Assembly: GCA_964558645.1 (NCBI GenBank)
Contig: CAZLEV010000007.1
Coordinates: 104,254-168,253, forward strand
Reading direction: 5' to 3'
DNA from: an uncultured archaeon
GTDB taxonomy: Archaea > Asgardarchaeota > Thorarchaeia > Thorarchaeales > Thorarchaeaceae
DNA: 64,000 nt
This document shows, one piece after another, positions 9,457 to 20,736 of the stretch. The notes beneath the pieces were generated by a model. The model made no database searches, was not told the DNA's origin, and was given only the letters and a program-made list of their open reading frames with translations. Both the position numbers and the translations under genes were made by a program. How positions within the stretch are numbered: position 1 is the stretch's first letter; every line of letters starts with the position of its first letter.

Positions 9457-12003
9457 TTGCTTGCCCTAGATACAGATACTGGGATTGCGACGATGACAAA
9501 GCTGACGAGTTCCTCGATATTCGTCCTACTGCTATTCATCGGCTTCGGTTTCTCCAGCATTGGTATTAGCATCTCTTTTACTGGGGCTATCCCTGTTGGT
9601 CAAAGGCAGTACGTGATTCCTGCCGGCGCCTACATCCCCCATTCACCTATCACCATCACCAACAACACCGACTTTTTCAGACAGGGCTGGCCCGGAAATG
9701 GTACTGAAGATGACCCGTATGTCATAGAGAGTTTCAACATCACAGCTAGTTCCACAGGCATTAAAGTAAGCAACACAGATGTCTATTTTGAGGTTCGAAA
9801 CTGTCTGATTTCTGCTCCAAGTCAATCGAGCAGTGATGGAATTGTCCTTGAGAATGTGACCCATGGGACTGTAAAGGGGTGTGTTGTTGAATTATATAGT
9901 GCAGGAGTGCACCTTTGGTCATCTTTCTCATGCAGGCTGGCAAACAACACGGTTTCGAATAATGAATTGGGGTTTAGTGTTTCTTCTTCTTCCAGCATCT
10001 CCCTCATGGATAATACAGCCACAAGTAATGGCATATATGGGGTCTATATCTATGGCTCCGATTCTTGTACCTTGGTCCACAACACAGCCCGAAAGAACAG
10101 ATATGGTTTCTATCTCCTCAGGTGCAATTCCTCCACCCTGACGAACAATACTGCAACTAGGAATGAATACGGGTTTTATATCCGCTCAGCGTCATGTACC
10201 ATGATGGACAACACAGCCACTGACAACACCTATGGATTCTACCTCTCTGCCCATCATGAGTTTTTTGGTTCCATCGGTTCCTACACCTTGACTCACAACA
10301 CAGCCACCGATAATGACTATGGATTTTCACTCTTCTCAATGTCCTCAAAGTCACCATGCATCCTGATTCACAACATAGCCACTAGAAATGCCTATGGCAT
10401 CCACCTTGCATATTCTTCTGACTGTATCCTAACAAATAATACACTCAATAACAATGGATTGGTATTTGATGGGTATCTTCTGGCTCACTGGTTACACAAC
10501 ATGTCAGATAACACAGTCAATGACAGACCCCTTGGTTACTTCAAGTCGGTCAACGACACGGTCATCGATGGTGACCAGTACGGGCAGGTGATCCTTGCTA
10601 ACTGCTCCCGCATCGTGGTGAAAAATGGAACTTTCATTGCTGCCTCGATTGGCATCCAGCTTGCGTTCAGCACAAACTGTACCTTGACTCACAACACAGC
10701 CATGAACAATGCCGTGAGCGGTATTCATCTCTCAGAATCGCTCAGTTGCATCATGAAGAATAATACACTCAATAACAATGGATTGGTATTTGATGGGTAT
10801 CTTCTGGCTCACTGGTTACACAACATGTCAGATAACACAGTCAATGACAGACCCCTTGGTTACTTCAAGTCGGTCAACGACACGGTCATCGATGGTGACC
10901 AGTACGGGCAGGTGATCCTTGCTAACTGCTCCCGCATCGTGGTGAAAAATGGAACTTTCATTGCTGCCTCGATTGGCATCCAGCTTGCGTTCAGCACAAA
11001 CTGTACCTTGACTCACAACACAGCCACTGGGAATGGAGAATCGGGATTCTTTCTTGCCAGCTCTGATTCTTGTATCCTGACTCACAACACGGCTATCGGT
11101 AATAGACACAGTGGATTCCGTTTCAGTGGGTCCGATTCTTGCATCCTGACTCACAACACAGCCACTGGGAATGGAGAATCGGGATTCTTTCTTGCCAGCT
11201 CTGATTCTTGTATCCTGACTCACAACACGGCTATCGGTAATAGACACAGTGGATTCCGTTTCAGTGGGTCCGATTCTTGCATCCTGACTCACAACATGGC
11301 CACCGAAAATGATCATGGTTTCTATCTTAGCTCTAGTTTCTGCATCCTGACGAACAACACTGCTGCATTGAATGGATTTGGCATTTGTCTACCCCATCCC
11401 TCCTTTGGAAATCTCTTATTGTTCAACAGGCTCTTCTACAACAGCCAGAGCAATGGTCATGATGATGGCGGGCAGAACAGCTGGGACAATGGAATACATG
11501 GTAATTACTGGGGCGATTACGGTGGAGAGGGTACATACCTTGTACCTGGCTTTGCTGGAAGTGTCGATCATCATCCCTATGTCCTTGAAGCCTGTCCCCC
11601 CACCATCTTAATCTATGGGCCTGCAATCCTTCAGTATGAGGAGGGGGCTACCGGACATTTGATTACATGGGGACTGGAGCACCCTCATCCCGGTGACTAT
11701 GTCATCTACCGGAATGGCTCAGTGGTGAGGGCGGGAGTCTGGAACTGCAGTTCGGAGAACATTACCATCTCCGTGGACGGGCTGACGGTGGGGCTCTACA
11801 ACTACACGCTGGTGGTGAGGGACATTGTGGACAACCGTGCGGCAGCCGCAGTCTTTGTGCGAGTGGTGCAGAAAGGGTCGTCACCGGAGGAGCCCGAAGA
11901 CAGGGGAGATGTATTCTCACTGCTCGTAATGGTGTCAGCTGCGGCCATAATGGGAGAGGTTGCAATTGCCATCGTGATTGTCAGGGACAGAAGGGAGCAC
12001 TGA
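9457..12003 (+). CDS. NosD/CASH parallel beta-helix surface glycoprotein
   Basis: GWPGNGT..DPY, repeated xLTHNTA rungs, GNYW, Ig-like domain and C-terminal TM; start may be ATG 9493. Confidence 0.85.
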   Translation: MLALDTDTGIATMTKLTSSSIFVLLLFIGFGFSSIGISISFTGAIPVGQRQYVIPAGAYIPHSPITITNNTDFFRQGWPGNGTEDDPYVIESFNITASSTGIKVSNTDVYFEVRNCLISAPSQSSSDGIVLENVTHGTVKGCVVELYSAGVHLWSSFSCRLANNTVSNNELGFSVSSSSSISLMDNTATSNGIYGVYIYGSDSCTLVHNTARKNRYGFYLLRCNSSTLTNNTATRNEYGFYIRSASCTMMDNTATDNTYGFYLSAHHEFFGSIGSYTLTHNTATDNDYGFSLFSMSSKSPCILIHNIATRNAYGIHLAYSSDCILTNNTLNNNGLVFDGYLLAHWLHNMSDNTVNDRPLGYFKSVNDTVIDGDQYGQVILANCSRIVVKNGTFIAASIGIQLAFSTNCTLTHNTAMNNAVSGIHLSESLSCIMKNNTLNNNGLVFDGYLLAHWLHNMSDNTVNDRPLGYFKSVNDTVIDGDQYGQVILANCSRIVVKNGTFIAASIGIQLAFSTNCTLTHNTATGNGESGFFLASSDSCILTHNTAIGNRHSGFRFSGSDSCILTHNTATGNGESGFFLASSDSCILTHNTAIGNRHSGFRFSGSDSCILTHNMATENDHGFYLSSSFCILTNNTAALNGFGICLPHPSFGNLLLFNRLFYNSQSNGHDDGGQNSWDNGIHGNYWGDYGGEGTYLVPGFAGSVDHHPYVLEACPPTILIYGPAILQYEEGATGHLITWGLEHPHPGDYVIYRNGSVVRAGVWNCSSENITISVDGLTVGLYNYTLVVRDIVDNRAAAAVFVRVVQKGSSPEEPEDRGDVFSLLVMVSAAAIMGEVAIAIVIVRDRREH
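10435..11026 (+). repeat. 268-bp direct repeat, copies 10435-10702 and 10759-11026 (324-nt period)
   Basis: Copies are identical on manual comparison and in frame. Confidence 0.9.
11009..11296 (+). repeat. 138-bp tandem repeat, two copies plus a partial third
   Basis: Units start at 11009, 11147 and 11285; each encodes 46 aa. Confidence 0.9.
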
Positions 12004-12887
12004 GGACAAGGGCCATTTTTCTGAGGTATAGAAAGGCTGCGAGATGTAGTATGGTTCCCCCATTCCAAGCTCACCCGAGGAGCAAGGTGAGAGTAGGATT
12101 TAGAGGGCTTTCAGTGCCCGCAATGACATCCATTATAGTCTACTCTAGGAACAAAGCAAAATGTGTTTGGGCCATGCCAGCGTTCGATTCAATAGGAGGT
12201 GATACTACATCATCCTCCAATGATTTAGCCTGAGCTAGTCCGTTCCTACAGGGTGTTTCAGGAACATAGACTGCAAAGAGGCTTATGTGGAGTTCGTTCG
12301 TGCCATCAATCTTCATCTTCTCCTTGTCTTAATTAGCAAGGCACTTGCTCTTACCCGACTTGCTCTTTTCCTAGTTTTCAGGTTTTCCAGAGTTCCAAAG
12401 GACTAATTTGGGAAACTACTTGGGAAGGAGAAGTAGTCGATGTGGGACTGATACCCAAAGACCAGCTCATCGATTATTTCGGTTCTAATGAGAAAGCATC
12501 CTCTGAAATGGCAAAATATCCGCATTACGAAGAAACGCTTCTCCACCATCTGGTTGAAAGCAGTCATCTTTCGCAACCACGAGCTATTTCTCCCAGCCTC
12601 AAAACGCAAGTTGATTATTCTCAGGGTCCTTCGCCTGTTTGGGACATAGACAACTACTACAATCTTGGAGATTATGCTACGAAAATATCTGAAATTTGCT
12701 CTGCACCTAATCTCAAAGTAACTCTGCATCTGTCATTGTCTTCTGGAGTTACAACTGCCACTAGTGTCAATGGAGGTGCTTTGTCGTATGGAGAAGGAAC
12801 AGCTTATTCCACTACAAGTACGAAGATATTCTCAGTCGAGAATGGTGCAGTTCTGATGTGCTGTCGTGTTGACATTGTACTGGCGCT

Positions 12888-15800
12888 CTAAGCAGACGTT
12901 CGTTGTTTCATCACGAAGAACACTGCGAGAACAGCGGCAAATCCGATTGCGCCGATTACCGCAACCAGTATCAACGGGTCTAATTCGGATGGTTCTGTAG
13001 GAGTGGTAGTGGTTGTCGTAGTAGATGTTGTTTCTGTCGTGGTGGGCGTAGTGTCAGCAGGAGTCACTGTCACGAATACAGTATCGCTTGCGCTATTGCC
13101 GCTTGAGTCAACTACAACAACGGTATAATTGTAGACACCGGCCTCAAGACCGTCCACAAGTATTGATATGTTGTTCCCATACACTGAACTGGACAGAAGA
13201 AAGCTTCCATTTCGGTAGATAGAGTGATTGAGGGGACTTAGATCAAATACATGCCAGACGATAGAATAGCCGGTGCTGCCATACTGATACTCGATATCAT
13301 CCGGATGATCTACAGTGGGTGGTGTTGTGTCTACTACCGTGACAATTACTGTACTACTGGTAGAGTTTCCTCTTATGTCGAACACAACGAGGGTATAGTT
13401 ATGCACTCCGAGATGTAGCCCATCGATGCCTATGATGATGTCTGAACCGTTCCAATTATCGCCAGTAAAGTACATATCGTTCCGATACAGCTCGTAAGAT
13501 TGCGGGTAAGGATGTCTGGGGCTCCAAACGATCGAATGACCCGTCGTACCTAGTTCGTATTCTATGTCTTCAGGATGGTTAATGGTTGGAGCGTATCCTG
13601 CAAAGAACATTGGGTGCCAGTCTCTGCTTCCGCTTGATCCTCCAATGAGATACTCCCCAACTCCCTCGTAATCGTCCCAGTAGTTGCCATGTGTGCCATT
13701 ATCCCAGCTGTTGACTCCGCTGTCGTCCACAGCATTCGCTATGTTGTATGCAAGAAAGTTAAGATACACCAGACCGCCATCGCAATAGGAGAGATGAATA
13801 CCTCTTTCGTTGCCGGTGGCTGAGTTGCCAGTTAAGACGAAATCACTGGAAGATGTGATATAATACCCGCTTTCTGAGTCGGTTGCAGTATTGTTTGCAA
13901 CCAAGCATTCGGTTGAGTGGGCCAGCATGTATCCGTTACCTGTAATCGCTTGAGCAGTATTCTTTGTCAGAGAACAATCGGCACACTCAGTCAAATAGAA
14001 TCCTTGATCTGAGCCCATGACCACGTTATCGATGAGGTTACAGGTTTCACAGTGGTCGAGATACATTGCGACTCTCCCGCCACTGACCGTATTCCCGATC
14101 AGAGTGCAGTTGTAGCAGTATCCAAGTTGAATGCCATCTACATCGACATATGAGCCATCTGACACGATGACATTGGAACAATTCGCAAGTATGACCTGTG
14201 CGAACTCACTGCCATCTACTGCAAGGTTGGAACTGCTTCTGAAATACCCCAACGGTTTCCCATTGACCATATTGTCAGTCAATTCATGCAACCAGTGAGA
14301 TACATGCCATCCTCGAAGACGAAAACCAATGCCAACAACCTCATTCTGGATAAGCACACAATTAGCTGAGTTCTCGAGATAGACATCATGATCTGAGTTG
14401 TTGCTAGCGGTGTTGTTTGTCAGGGTGTTGTCATCCGCGTAGAGCAGGTAGAGCCCGTAGTCTGCGTTATTACTGGCCGAGTTTCTGTCGAATATGCAAC
14501 TCTCAGACCTGTCTGCATGGAATCCACTTCCTGTGTTGAATTCGGCGGTATTGAAGACTAGACTGCAATTCGTAGATTCTCGCAAGTAGAATCCATGATT
14601 CATGTTGTTGCTGGCGGAGTTATAGCTCATGTCGCAATAATGAGAATCGTTGGAGAAGTACCCACTACCTGTATTGAGATTGGCAGTATTGTAGTTGAGC
14701 GTGCAATTCAGGGATCCCTTCAGATGGTATCCATGTTCGACGTTGTTGTCCGCCACGTTGTGCGTTAGATTGCAGGCGGCTGTATTGAGGAGGTAGAATC
14801 CGTGTTCTCCGTTGTTGCCCGCGGAGTTATAGTTCAGGATACAATCATCTGAACCATCAAGGTAGAATCCACTCCACATGTTGAGATTGGCGACGTTGTA
14901 GCTCAGTGTAAAGCCCTCGGAATTCCTCAGGTAGAATCCGCTTCTGTTGTTATTGTCAGCTACATTGTATGTCACGTTGCAGTCCCGCGAATCCCGCAGA
15001 TAGAACCCATCCCCTGAGTCAGTGACTGTGTTGTTGTTCAAAGTGCAGTCGCTAGACGTGTACAAGTAGTATCCTGAGTAGCAGCCGATGGCTGTGTTGT
15101 TGGTCAGATTAGAGCTTCCAGACCTTCGCAGATAGAGACCCGTACCTGTGTTGATAAGGGTGTTGTTTTCCAGGACGCAGTGAGTAGAATCTTCTATGTA
15201 GAAACCCGCATACTCAACATCAGTGGCTGTGTTGTTGACGAGAATGGAATTGGGCGACTTGTATAGATAGTACGTTTGGCGTGAACCGGTCGCGGTGTTA
15301 TTGATGATTGTACAGGTCGGGCTGAATCCCAGCTGGATACCCATCGCACTCGTGAATACACCATTTGCCACTGTGATTTTGGAGCAGTTAGCTAGAATCA
15401 CCTGGCCGAAATCACTAGCATCAACAACTTGGTCTGAAGCGTTGCGAACGTACTTCAGAGGTCTTCCATTAACAGTGTTATCCGTGATGTTATGAGCCAG
15501 CCAGTGACTGAGTGAATCTCCCCTGATTCGAAGACCACCTCCCTCTAGAGTGTTGTTGGCCAGTGTGCAGTTGCTCGAATTCAGCAACTGAATTCCATCA
15601 CCTACGGCATTCTCAGCTGTGTTGTTGCTCAACAGGCAATCTGTGAGGCTTTGGAGATAATAACCCGTGTACGAGCCATATGCAGTATTGTTTCTCACTG
15701 TGAGGTTTGATGACAGACTCATGACAAATCCATATGATGGATTGTCGATTGCTATGTTGTGCTCCAAGGTGCAATCATTGGACCAGTGCAAACTGACTCC

Positions 15801-16496
15801 ATGTTGAGAACTATTCCTAGCTGTGTTATAGTTCAGGACGGAGTCGGAGATTTGATGCATTTGGAAGCCATATCCACCATGGTCAGTGGCATTATTTCGG
15901 GTCAGAGTAGCATTTGGCGAATTATCCAAGTAGAATCCGGATTCGGAGTTTCCTACAGCTTCATTCTCAGCCAGAGTGCAGTGCTCAGACTGTGCAAGCG
16001 TGAAGCCGTAGCGCGTGTTAGAATGCGCTGTGTTGTTGAACAGAGTACAGTTATTTGAACTATCAAGAACAATCCCATCTCGGTGCGAGCTGATGATGGT
16101 GTTCCGGATTGTGCCATTGCCTACGTTATAGAAGACAATCCCGTGGGTCTCTACGGGATCCGCAGCGGAGATCAGACAATCACTGATTTCGAAGTAGACA
16201 TCCGTATTGCTGATGCTGATACATGTTGAGTTGTGGGTAATATTCAGTCCTGCAATGACATACGGGTTTCCCAGACTGCCATTTCCGGGCCACGACTGAC
16301 TTTCGAAGTCAGCATTGCTGGTGATGACGATTGGGTCATGTTCAGTGTACGCTACATTGAAACTCTGGTTGGGCTCTAACGATGGCACTGGGGAAGTTTC
16401 AGATTCGTTGTATCCGATGGGAGCGGCGAGCAGTATTAGTCCCACGACGAAAAGAACAAGTATTCTCATATCGGGTGGTTTCCTCCTGTCATGCAA
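12888..16496 (-). CDS. Large NosD beta-helix surface protein with two Ig-like domains, Thr-rich linker and TM
   Basis: WPGNGS..NPY, many NNTA rungs, GNYWDDY, poly-Thr and hydrophobic C-terminus. Confidence 0.9.
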   Translation of the reverse strand: MHDRRKPPDMRILVLFVVGLILLAAPIGYNESETSPVPSLEPNQSFNVAYTEHDPIVITSNADFESQSWPGNGSLGNPYVIAGLNITHNSTCISISNTDVYFEISDCLISAADPVETHGIVFYNVGNGTIRNTIISSHRDGIVLDSSNNCTLFNNTAHSNTRYGFTLAQSEHCTLAENEAVGNSESGFYLDNSPNATLTRNNATDHGGYGFQMHQISDSVLNYNTARNSSQHGVSLHWSNDCTLEHNIAIDNPSYGFVMSLSSNLTVRNNTAYGSYTGYYLQSLTDCLLSNNTAENAVGDGIQLLNSSNCTLANNTLEGGGLRIRGDSLSHWLAHNITDNTVNGRPLKYVRNASDQVVDASDFGQVILANCSKITVANGVFTSAMGIQLGFSPTCTIINNTATGSRQTYYLYKSPNSILVNNTATDVEYAGFYIEDSTHCVLENNTLINTGTGLYLRRSGSSNLTNNTAIGCYSGYYLYTSSDCTLNNNTVTDSGDGFYLRDSRDCNVTYNVADNNNRSGFYLRNSEGFTLSYNVANLNMWSGFYLDGSDDCILNYNSAGNNGEHGFYLLNTAACNLTHNVADNNVEHGYHLKGSLNCTLNYNTANLNTGSGYFSNDSHYCDMSYNSASNNMNHGFYLRESTNCSLVFNTAEFNTGSGFHADRSESCIFDRNSASNNADYGLYLLYADDNTLTNNTASNNSDHDVYLENSANCVLIQNEVVGIGFRLRGWHVSHWLHELTDNMVNGKPLGYFRSSSNLAVDGSEFAQVILANCSNVIVSDGSYVDVDGIQLGYCYNCTLIGNTVSGGRVAMYLDHCETCNLIDNVVMGSDQGFYLTECADCSLTKNTAQAITGNGYMLAHSTECLVANNTATDSESGYYITSSSDFVLTGNSATGNERGIHLSYCDGGLVYLNFLAYNIANAVDDSGVNSWDNGTHGNYWDDYEGVGEYLIGGSSGSRDWHPMFFAGYAPTINHPEDIEYELGTTGHSIVWSPRHPYPQSYELYRNDMYFTGDNWNGSDIIIGIDGLHLGVHNYTLVVFDIRGNSTSSTVIVTVVDTTPPTVDHPDDIEYQYGSTGYSIVWHVFDLSPLNHSIYRNGSFLLSSSVYGNNISILVDGLEAGVYNYTVVVVDSSGNSASDTVFVTVTPADTTPTTTETTSTTTTTTTPTEPSELDPLILVAVIGAIGFAAVLAVFFVMKQRTSA

Positions 16497-16888
16497 GACG
16501 GCCGCAAATGATTAACAACATCTTGATATAAACGTTCACTAATCTTATTTCTGCGAACTTGAAAACACAAAACCTTCAGAAACGCAGAAACGCCTTGTTT
16601 CAGACGTTTCCGCTCAGACCTTCATAGAGTATCACTAGCAGAATTGTAGATAACTTATTGACCGGGTCGCACACCTTAGTGCCGAAACCTCTGGCATCTG
16701 CTGAGGTGGTGTCTGTTGCCATGATTATCACAATGCCTTCAGTCCGGGCGAATGACTATCTGCTAATTCCATACCTCGTCACAAAGGGGCTCTCATCATC
16801 TACCTATTGGGCAGATTTATCAAGGTGAGAGACTAAACATCCTTCAGGGATGTGTCGAGTCTGAATCGTAAGCGACCCACTAGATTCT

Positions 16889-18139
16889 TTGACAGTGACA
16901 CAGGTGAAACAGGGTTTGGAGGATTCCAGAATAGACGCTAATTCTCAGGAGAACGCTGACCGCGTGTCATACGAGGCAGTTTCCGTCCGCGAAGTCCTTG
17001 CCAAGATGAAGACTTACTCAGAGCTCATGCTGGATCTTGCCTATTCATCCATCCTCTTCTCAAGTCCAGAATTGACCAAGTGGGTGATGGAGCTGGAGGA
17101 GGAAGTAGACTATCTGGGTTATCAACTTCTCATGTCCCTATCTCTCTCAATAAGAGACAAGGACGATGCTGAACTCGCCGTGGGTCTTTTTCGAGTGGCC
17201 GGTTCAACAAACAAGGTGTCTGACGCTGCCGCAGATATCGCGAAACTGGCCAGGAAGAAGGGCGAGGTTCACCCCCTTATCGAGGATATGTTCAAGTACG
17301 TGGAAGAGCGCCTCATGCAGGTCGAGGTCACTGAAGGGTCAACTCTGATTGACTCCACTGTGGGTGATTTGTGGGACAAACATGACATCAATGTTGATAC
17401 TATTGCAGTCCGCAGAAACAGGAATTGGACTGTGAATCCGGAGCGTGAATGGTCGTTCAATGAAGGTGATGTTGCATTTGTGAGAGGGTCACCAAGAGAG
17501 GTGGCCAAAGTACATAGTATCGCATCAGGTACAGAGCCTGAGGTACCTGAAGAAGATGCACTTGAGCCTGAAGACAATCTAGAACGCCTCCTTCTTGATA
17601 TGAAAGAAACTTCAGAATTCATGGTTTCCCTTGCCTTCGCAGCTGTAAAGTATCAAGATTCTGAACTGGCAAAAGAGGTCGGCGAACTGGAGGAACGAGT
17701 AGATAGTCAATGCGATTCTGCTGTGAGGGAGATACTCTCGCTTAGTGATGAGAGTGTCAATCGCCGCCTAGATCTGATACGTCTGGTCATAGCTGCTGAG
17801 CAGATAGCTGATGCTGCCTGGGAGATAGCAGCTGTTCAGCTTAGCGGCCTGAAGACCCATCCGGTCATAGCCTCCATTGCTGATGAGGCCGAGGAGATTG
17901 TGAGTAGGGTAATCATTCATCCTGACTCTCCCCTTGCCGGTCATACGCTCAGAGAGTTGGCGCTCGACGATAACTACGGCATCTATGTACTGACAGTTCG
18001 GCGTGAGGGTCATTGGTTCCATCGGCCGTCAGCTGACTTCACGCTTCGAGAGAATGATGTGCTTGTCTTCGATGGATACAGGGAAGGTCTTGATGATATG
18101 AGATCTCTGGCAGACCCTAGTTGTGAAACGCAGAGCTAA
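16889..18139 (+). CDS. Duplicated PhoU-like + TrkA-C (RCK_C) protein
   Basis: Two repeats of MKxxSExMxxLA helical domain, each followed by a TrkA-C domain. Confidence 0.8.
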   Translation: MTVTQVKQGLEDSRIDANSQENADRVSYEAVSVREVLAKMKTYSELMLDLAYSSILFSSPELTKWVMELEEEVDYLGYQLLMSLSLSIRDKDDAELAVGLFRVAGSTNKVSDAAADIAKLARKKGEVHPLIEDMFKYVEERLMQVEVTEGSTLIDSTVGDLWDKHDINVDTIAVRRNRNWTVNPEREWSFNEGDVAFVRGSPREVAKVHSIASGTEPEVPEEDALEPEDNLERLLLDMKETSEFMVSLAFAAVKYQDSELAKEVGELEERVDSQCDSAVREILSLSDESVNRRLDLIRLVIAAEQIADAAWEIAAVQLSGLKTHPVIASIADEAEEIVSRVIIHPDSPLAGHTLRELALDDNYGIYVLTVRREGHWFHRPSADFTLRENDVLVFDGYREGLDDMRSLADPSCETQS

Positions 18140-18239
18140 GCATGCTCCGGGATCATCTTGACCGATGCTATATGCATCTTGCCTCTTACCAAATACAAAC
18201 TAACTTGAGAAAAGGACGGAGGGTCCGGCAATCAGTGCT

Positions 18240-19451
18240 TCAGACGATCAGCAGGATTGAGAGTAATAGGAATACAGAAGTGAGTCCGTCCGCTATCGCT
18301 GATCCTATAGGAATTACGAAGTTGTCGGGGTCTAGTCCTCTGTTGTAGGTTACCATCGTCAAGAAAATTGAGATGAAGACCATTGTTGCAACGGCCGGTA
18401 TGTTGGTTAAGACCAAACGTCCAATGAAGATGATGAAAATGCCTTGATCTAATACACCAAACAGAAGAGCAGCTGCAAGTCCGTAAGTGAGGAACATGGT
18501 GAGAGATGCAGCCCAAGCTGAGGCAATCTCCTCGAGCTGCTGTCTGAAGGATCGTAGATTGGCTTGAATCGTCCCGAGGCTGAGCTTCGTGGTTGACGTC
18601 GATCCGATTATGGATCCTACATCACCGACAGTGCATATGATTGCAGGATAGACGGCATAGATGTGTGGAACGCTAGCCACAGCTTGGCTGATGCGGTCCA
18701 AGGCTGAGCCGGCAATGTTCACAAAGAAACCTATGACGAAAAGGACGCTCAGAAACTCTTTCATTGCTCTTCGGAGCACCTTCTCATTACGATTGGTCCA
18801 GGTCATCTTCAGGATTATGCTGCTGAATATGACAACGATAACTAACAGTACGGTCATCACTTCAGGTGCATTGGACAAAGCGACGATAATCAAGTAGATG
18901 ATAGTGACAAGAACATCGGCAACTGTGGAGATTACAGGGTATGTGACTATATCAGGATCAAGGCCTTTTCGCATCGCGACGAACGAAACAAGCACGGTAA
19001 CCGGGGAGATGGCCGCAAATGCCAATGCCATCGTTGCTATCATGACAATAAGCATCATCATGACGTCAGCAGCTGTCAGTCCAATAAACACAAGACCGAA
19101 GATGCATGCGTATGCCCACATCACGATGGATGCTATCAATGAGAGGGATGCCATGGTACTTGTAAGGACATGGAAATGCTCTGTATTGTCTGTCAGAGTT
19201 GGCCTTATTGTTCCAATGTGCAAGGCAGTAGAAAGCCTACCACTGAACATGCCACCGATAGCACCTTTGACACTCAGAACGGATGGGTACAGGAGCAATC
19301 CCCAGCTGACAGCACCGATGACCGACTCAGAGGTTGCAAGAAAGAAGCCAGCTGCTATTCCTCCGAGGTTGAAGGCAAGCGAAATAACAGACCGACCGTA
19401 AAGCTGCGCTGGTTTCTTCAGGTTGTGCAGATTCAGCTTCACCGTCATCAC
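18240..19451 (-). CDS. mgtE: MgtE/SLC41 divalent cation transporter (tandem membrane domains)
   Basis: GAIGGMFSGRLST, GLDPDIV…TVAD and GLDPDNF…AIAD. Confidence 0.85.
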   Translation of the reverse strand: MMTVKLNLHNLKKPAQLYGRSVISLAFNLGGIAAGFFLATSESVIGAVSWGLLLYPSVLSVKGAIGGMFSGRLSTALHIGTIRPTLTDNTEHFHVLTSTMASLSLIASIVMWAYACIFGLVFIGLTAADVMMMLIVMIATMALAFAAISPVTVLVSFVAMRKGLDPDIVTYPVISTVADVLVTIIYLIIVALSNAPEVMTVLLVIVVIFSSIILKMTWTNRNEKVLRRAMKEFLSVLFVIGFFVNIAGSALDRISQAVASVPHIYAVYPAIICTVGDVGSIIGSTSTTKLSLGTIQANLRSFRQQLEEIASAWAASLTMFLTYGLAAALLFGVLDQGIFIIFIGRLVLTNIPAVATMVFISIFLTMVTYNRGLDPDNFVIPIGSAIADGLTSVFLLLSILLIV

Positions 19452-19929
19452 CGTCCTCCATGGATATTCGCCTCTTGCCTTGTTCTACATGTTCAGCTCT
19501 TACTTTCACTCGAAGTGACATATTGTCAGCAGACCACATCACCATATACTACGTCAATGTGAAGTTACGTGGGCTTTCCATTCAAGATATTGAATAATAC
19601 CCGAATATTGACACGCGACCTTTGTGGTCCGCTGCAGATGCTGATAAGAGATTTTTGATGTGTATGATAAGTCTTTTCTCTTCAGCTGGATAGCACAGAA
19701 ATGATCTCCACCTATCTCCATACTTGGCAGCACTGGAGCCCTTTGTCTTCTAACTAGGATGACTCTGAGTTCGCCAAGTCATTGCCTAATCTGATACTCA
19801 ATACAGTTCGATTGTTTCGCTCAGTCATTACGAACTCGTCTTGAGTTCAGTGGGGCTATCAGCATCGATAGACTATTAGGCCACTCTCAATTCCTGAAAT
19901 GTGTGTAAATACAGGGCTTGTGTCATTCT

Positions 19930-20673
19930 ATGGCTAAGAAGAAGTTTGCAAGAGACCTTGATACCCTAATTGACAGAATAAGACCGAGCATCTCGGCAGA
20001 CCATCTTGATAATCTGTACGAGGTTCGTGATCGTCTTGTCGAACTGAGTCGCAGGGGCTTGGCAAAGGTCAACCACAGTGTGATGCAGGTTCTATGTGCT
20101 AAGCATCTCATTGAGGAGGGCTACGAAGTTAGAGTGGAGTATTCTCTTAACGGTGGGAGCTTGACAGCTGACCTATTCGCTGTCAGAGAGAGGATGCTCG
20201 GCCTCGGCGAAGACCCAAGAGATGCTATCCTAAGCGAAATGCATGGCGTTTCGGAAAACGAGGAAACTCTTGTCCTGGAAGTGGAAACTGGATTCGTGCC
20301 GCCAAAAGCGGCTCTCAGTCCTGGGAGTTACCGCTCGACAAGAATTGCTGCCAAGATTGCACGCTATGCCGGGTTCAGTCATCGGTTTAGTCTGGCAACT
20401 CCTCACTATCACGTCTTACAGATACCTGATGTCATGTTGCAGCCTGTCGGTCACCGAGATGAATCTCAGCTTCTCAAGCTCAAGGATCTCTGTGATTCGC
20501 AGTACTTCTCCCCACCCGTGTTGTATGATGCGCTTGCGACGTCTGAGATACATAGCGTCTTTGTTGTCAACGTTGACGAAACCAAGACACGGGAAGTTGA
20601 CCCCCAGCAGTACAGATACACTGTCATGCAGGCTGAGGGCATCATCCAGATGGAAACCGCAACTGGTCTCTGA
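19930..20673 (+). CDS. Archaeal hypothetical protein, possibly PD-(D/E)xK fold
   Basis: GYEVRVEY…ADLFA…LEVETG pattern. Confidence 0.65.
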   Translation: MAKKKFARDLDTLIDRIRPSISADHLDNLYEVRDRLVELSRRGLAKVNHSVMQVLCAKHLIEEGYEVRVEYSLNGGSLTADLFAVRERMLGLGEDPRDAILSEMHGVSENEETLVLEVETGFVPPKAALSPGSYRSTRIAAKIARYAGFSHRFSLATPHYHVLQIPDVMLQPVGHRDESQLLKLKDLCDSQYFSPPVLYDALATSEIHSVFVVNVDETKTREVDPQQYRYTVMQAEGIIQMETATGL

Positions 20674-20736
20674 CATGCAAATGGAATGATTCCTCTGGTA
20701 TTGTATGAAATGGTGAGATGGAGTAGAGATATAGCT

